Source: an uncultured Bifidobacteriaceae bacterium
Lineage (GTDB): Bacteria; Verrucomicrobiota; Verrucomicrobiia; Limisphaerales; UBA11358
Reading direction: 5' to 3'
DNA: 64,000 nt
Assembly: GCA_964475285.1 (NCBI GenBank)
Contig: CAYYWB010000001.1
Coordinates: forward strand, 6,529-70,528
Shown here: in pieces, positions 62,901-64,000 of the stretch
How the letters are laid out: each line of letters begins with the position of its first letter
How positions within the stretch are numbered: the stretch's first letter is position 1
Notes under the pieces: generated by a model
Told to the model about the DNA's origin: nothing
Seen by the model: only the letters and a program-made list of their open reading frames with translations
Database searches by the model: none
Translations under genes and position numbers: made by a program

Positions 62901-64000
62901 AATGCTGAAAGTTATCATGCCGCCTGCACTTACGATGCCCTCGACCGCCCGACCCAAATCACTTATGCCGATGGCACAACTGAAAAATATGTCTATAACC
63001 GGCTGGATTTATTTCTGGCCTATGACCGTGCCGGAAGCCGGACGGTTTATCAGTATGACAATACCGGCCGCCCGATCTCTGTCAAAGATCGGTTGAATCA
63101 AGTCACACACTTTGACTGGTGCGGTTGCGGCAGTCTGGCCGGTATCACGGATCCGCTGGGACACGTTACCGCCTGGGACAGGGATTTGGAGGGGCGTGTC
63201 ACGCAAAAGACCTACGATAATAGTGCGACAGTTGCCTACGCCTACGAGGCTTACGGTGGCCAACTTAAATCCATCACGGATGCCAAAAATCAGATCAAAT
63301 ATTACACCTATAATCTCGACAACACGATTTCCAACATCATTTACTCCGGCGCGGTTGTTTCCACGCCAGGCGTGACGTTTAATTACGATTCAAATTATCG
63401 GCGCCTGACCTCCATGGCGGATGGCACGGGAATGACCACCTTTGCTTACAATCCTGTCACCGGCTCGGTTTCGCCCGGAGCGGGACAACTGGCGACTAAT
63501 TATCAGCCGCTGGCTGGTGCAACGATCAATTATAAATACGATGAATTGGGCCGCGCAACCAACCGCGCGATTGACGGTGTCAGCGAAGAGGTCGCCTTTG
63601 ACGCCTTGGGGCGCGTCAGCAGCCATGCCACGGCGCTGGGTGTGTTCACGCCGGGTTACGTCAACAACACCTACCAGCTGGCCTCGCTGGCCTATCCCAA
63701 CGGCCAGAGCGCGAATTTCTCCTGGTTCAACAATGCAGGCGACCAGAACCTGCAGGAAATCTGGAACAAGAATTCCGGCGCGACCATCTCGAAATTCGAT
63801 TATCAATATGATGTGAACAGCCGGGTCAAGCAATGGACGCAGCAAGCCGGGGCGGGTGGCGCGAATGTGCTGAATCTTGGGTATGATTATGAAGACCAGT
63901 TGACGGATGTCACGATTTTGTCCAACAATGTGGCGGTGAAAGCCTATGCGTATGGCTATGACGGTGCGGGTAACCGAACCAACGCACAGTTTGAAATCAG
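59994..64000 (+). CDS. RHS/YD-repeat polymorphic-toxin protein with N-terminal C39-like peptidase region, 3' end off-window
   Basis: It is not in the ORF track because no stop lies in the window. By hand the frame is open from the ATG at 59994. It has a signal-like N-terminus and SGFLCGPSAL...HWKLNHYGALL (Cys/His peptidase-like). Many YD repeats follow (YDNLGRLAFVND, YDENGRLQKIDD, YQYDNTGRPISVKD, ..). Confidence 0.7.
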   Translation, partial: MKMKCHWSLRTISLVLASVQGLCTMIPVSVWAGQLPETVQPGINSQPRQVTRRPALDEASSSLPEFSSQPTPAEIFAVRVFPFALVPVGNPSPAENAALALALTGYAQRSDLEDQSILLNFLTQYPSSAWKPALLLNMGIYWRQTGHFSKAMDAWEQAWESSKNATGAREKAVADRALGELLQIDAWVGRYEHLEPLLAEVGNRQLIGGAAEMLADAKDGLWIMDHKSGSGFLCGPSALRLIALATKAKVDLDKLVAAKSTRQGFSLAQLKQLADESGMSYQMARRAPGSAILTNSVVHWKLNHYGALLREDNGRYLVKDSTFSHLFGQDLWISQATLEEESDGYFIVPAGPLPPGWTSVGTEEGQTIWGKGATYGRDGNDFTPNDPCIPCDVLNGLESIFGMTRYTASLMLVSLKLEDMPLRYNPPVGPPVEFKVTYNQRDPYSQAFPNYSNLGAQWTCDWFTYIEDEGQVWSVYYARKPVPGLGSDVQRYVSGGGLINYTVTNSSTGLFMPDRDGNILQCNLTNNTYELTSSDGSKEIYECDALKPCTNCAYKLIVCLTCPPPLPQPRRFHLQAIVDPAGNALNFYYDNLGRLAFVNDAVGQTTVLSYGLPEDPYKVTGVVDPFGRTACLHYDENGRLQKIDDVIGMSSSFTYNSADFVTRLTTPYGATVFSMMDGGSATGDRALYITDPNGDHEYVYSPATTSLIDFYGGGSEEAPNGFTTIHLTEQNTFYFDKKAMSLLGSQLLSSPPSAAFNGSVFASGIMTNAIIYHWLKDDEVQPGNPTMSGIVGSIKQPLESRIWFEYPNQLQTEYSSGITLRQPNTVARFVDNPGNPSLPLTQTHQYSYNNNGRIAEFIDPVGRHTDFDYYTNGIDLYRVRQATNDILAEFGPYNLQHRPSTYIDAARMTYSLSWNSAGQLSQVTNPRSEVTQLNYDSYGYLRSTIRSKSGLSATNSFGFDFYGRVNAVTNAESYHAACTYDALDRPTQITYADGTTEKYVYNRLDLFLAYDRAGSRTVYQYDNTGRPISVKDRLNQVTHFDWCGCGSLAGITDPLGHVTAWDRDLEGRVTQKTYDNSATVAYAYEAYGGQLKSITDAKNQIKYYTYNLDNTISNIIYSGAVVSTPGVTFNYDSNYRRLTSMADGTGMTTFAYNPVTGSVSPGAGQLATNYQPLAGATINYKYDELGRATNRAIDGVSEEVAFDALGRVSSHATALGVFTPGYVNNTYQLASLAYPNGQSANFSWFNNAGDQNLQEIWNKNSGATISKFDYQYDVNSRVKQWTQQAGAGGANVLNLGYDYEDQLTDVTILSNNVAVKAYAYGYDGAGNRTNAQFEI

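Overview
The window is a mosaic. The composition statements below are judged by eye, not computed.

**Layout**
- **1-997:** the 3' part of a chromosomal gene.
- **About 1.0-5.2 kb:** a visibly AT-rich four-gene operon encoding a GNAT, a multi-TM kinase-like protein, an HD hydrolase and a P-loop kinase-like protein.
- **About 5.4-38.5 kb:** an integrated plasmid/ICE-like element.
- **About 38.5-42.6 kb:** decayed sequence, including an IS1380-family transposase remnant.
- **42.6-64 kb:** chromosomal genes typical of a PVC/Verrucomicrobia-like bacterium. They include a CHASE2 Ser/Thr kinase, an ECF sigma with a FecR/TPR/beta-barrel protein, giant LamG/Ig secreted proteins, and an RHS toxin that runs off the right edge.

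**The integrated element**
- The GC-rich backbone carries RadC, ArdC, a WGR-DNA ligase, a primase, a Replic_Relax protein, a TraD/VirD4-like ATPase and a large serine recombinase.
- The backbone is punctuated by nine copies of a 20-bp palindrome with a fixed flanking motif.
- Two AT-richer cargo modules are inserted into it.

**Cargo module 1**
- It is an Ssp-type phosphorothioation locus. sspB, sspC and sspD sit on the plus strand, and the cysteine desulfurase gene is convergent about 7 kb away.
- The operon continues without a break into three further genes: a dual GHKL/histidine-kinase protein, a translationally coupled receiver-like protein, and a second GHKL ATPase.
- No SspE-like gene is visible.
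- This is my best candidate for an undescribed or poorly described system.

**Cargo module 2**
- It is an XRE/ImmA (CapH/CapP-like) pair translationally coupled to exonuclease I and a small PD-(D/E)xK protein.
- It is transcribed divergently from a multiubiquitin-E2-JAB/E1 operon, across a phage-like switch region.

**Limits**
- No rRNA, tRNA or CRISPR array was seen.
- All domain calls rest on motifs read by eye from the translations. None were confirmed by database search.
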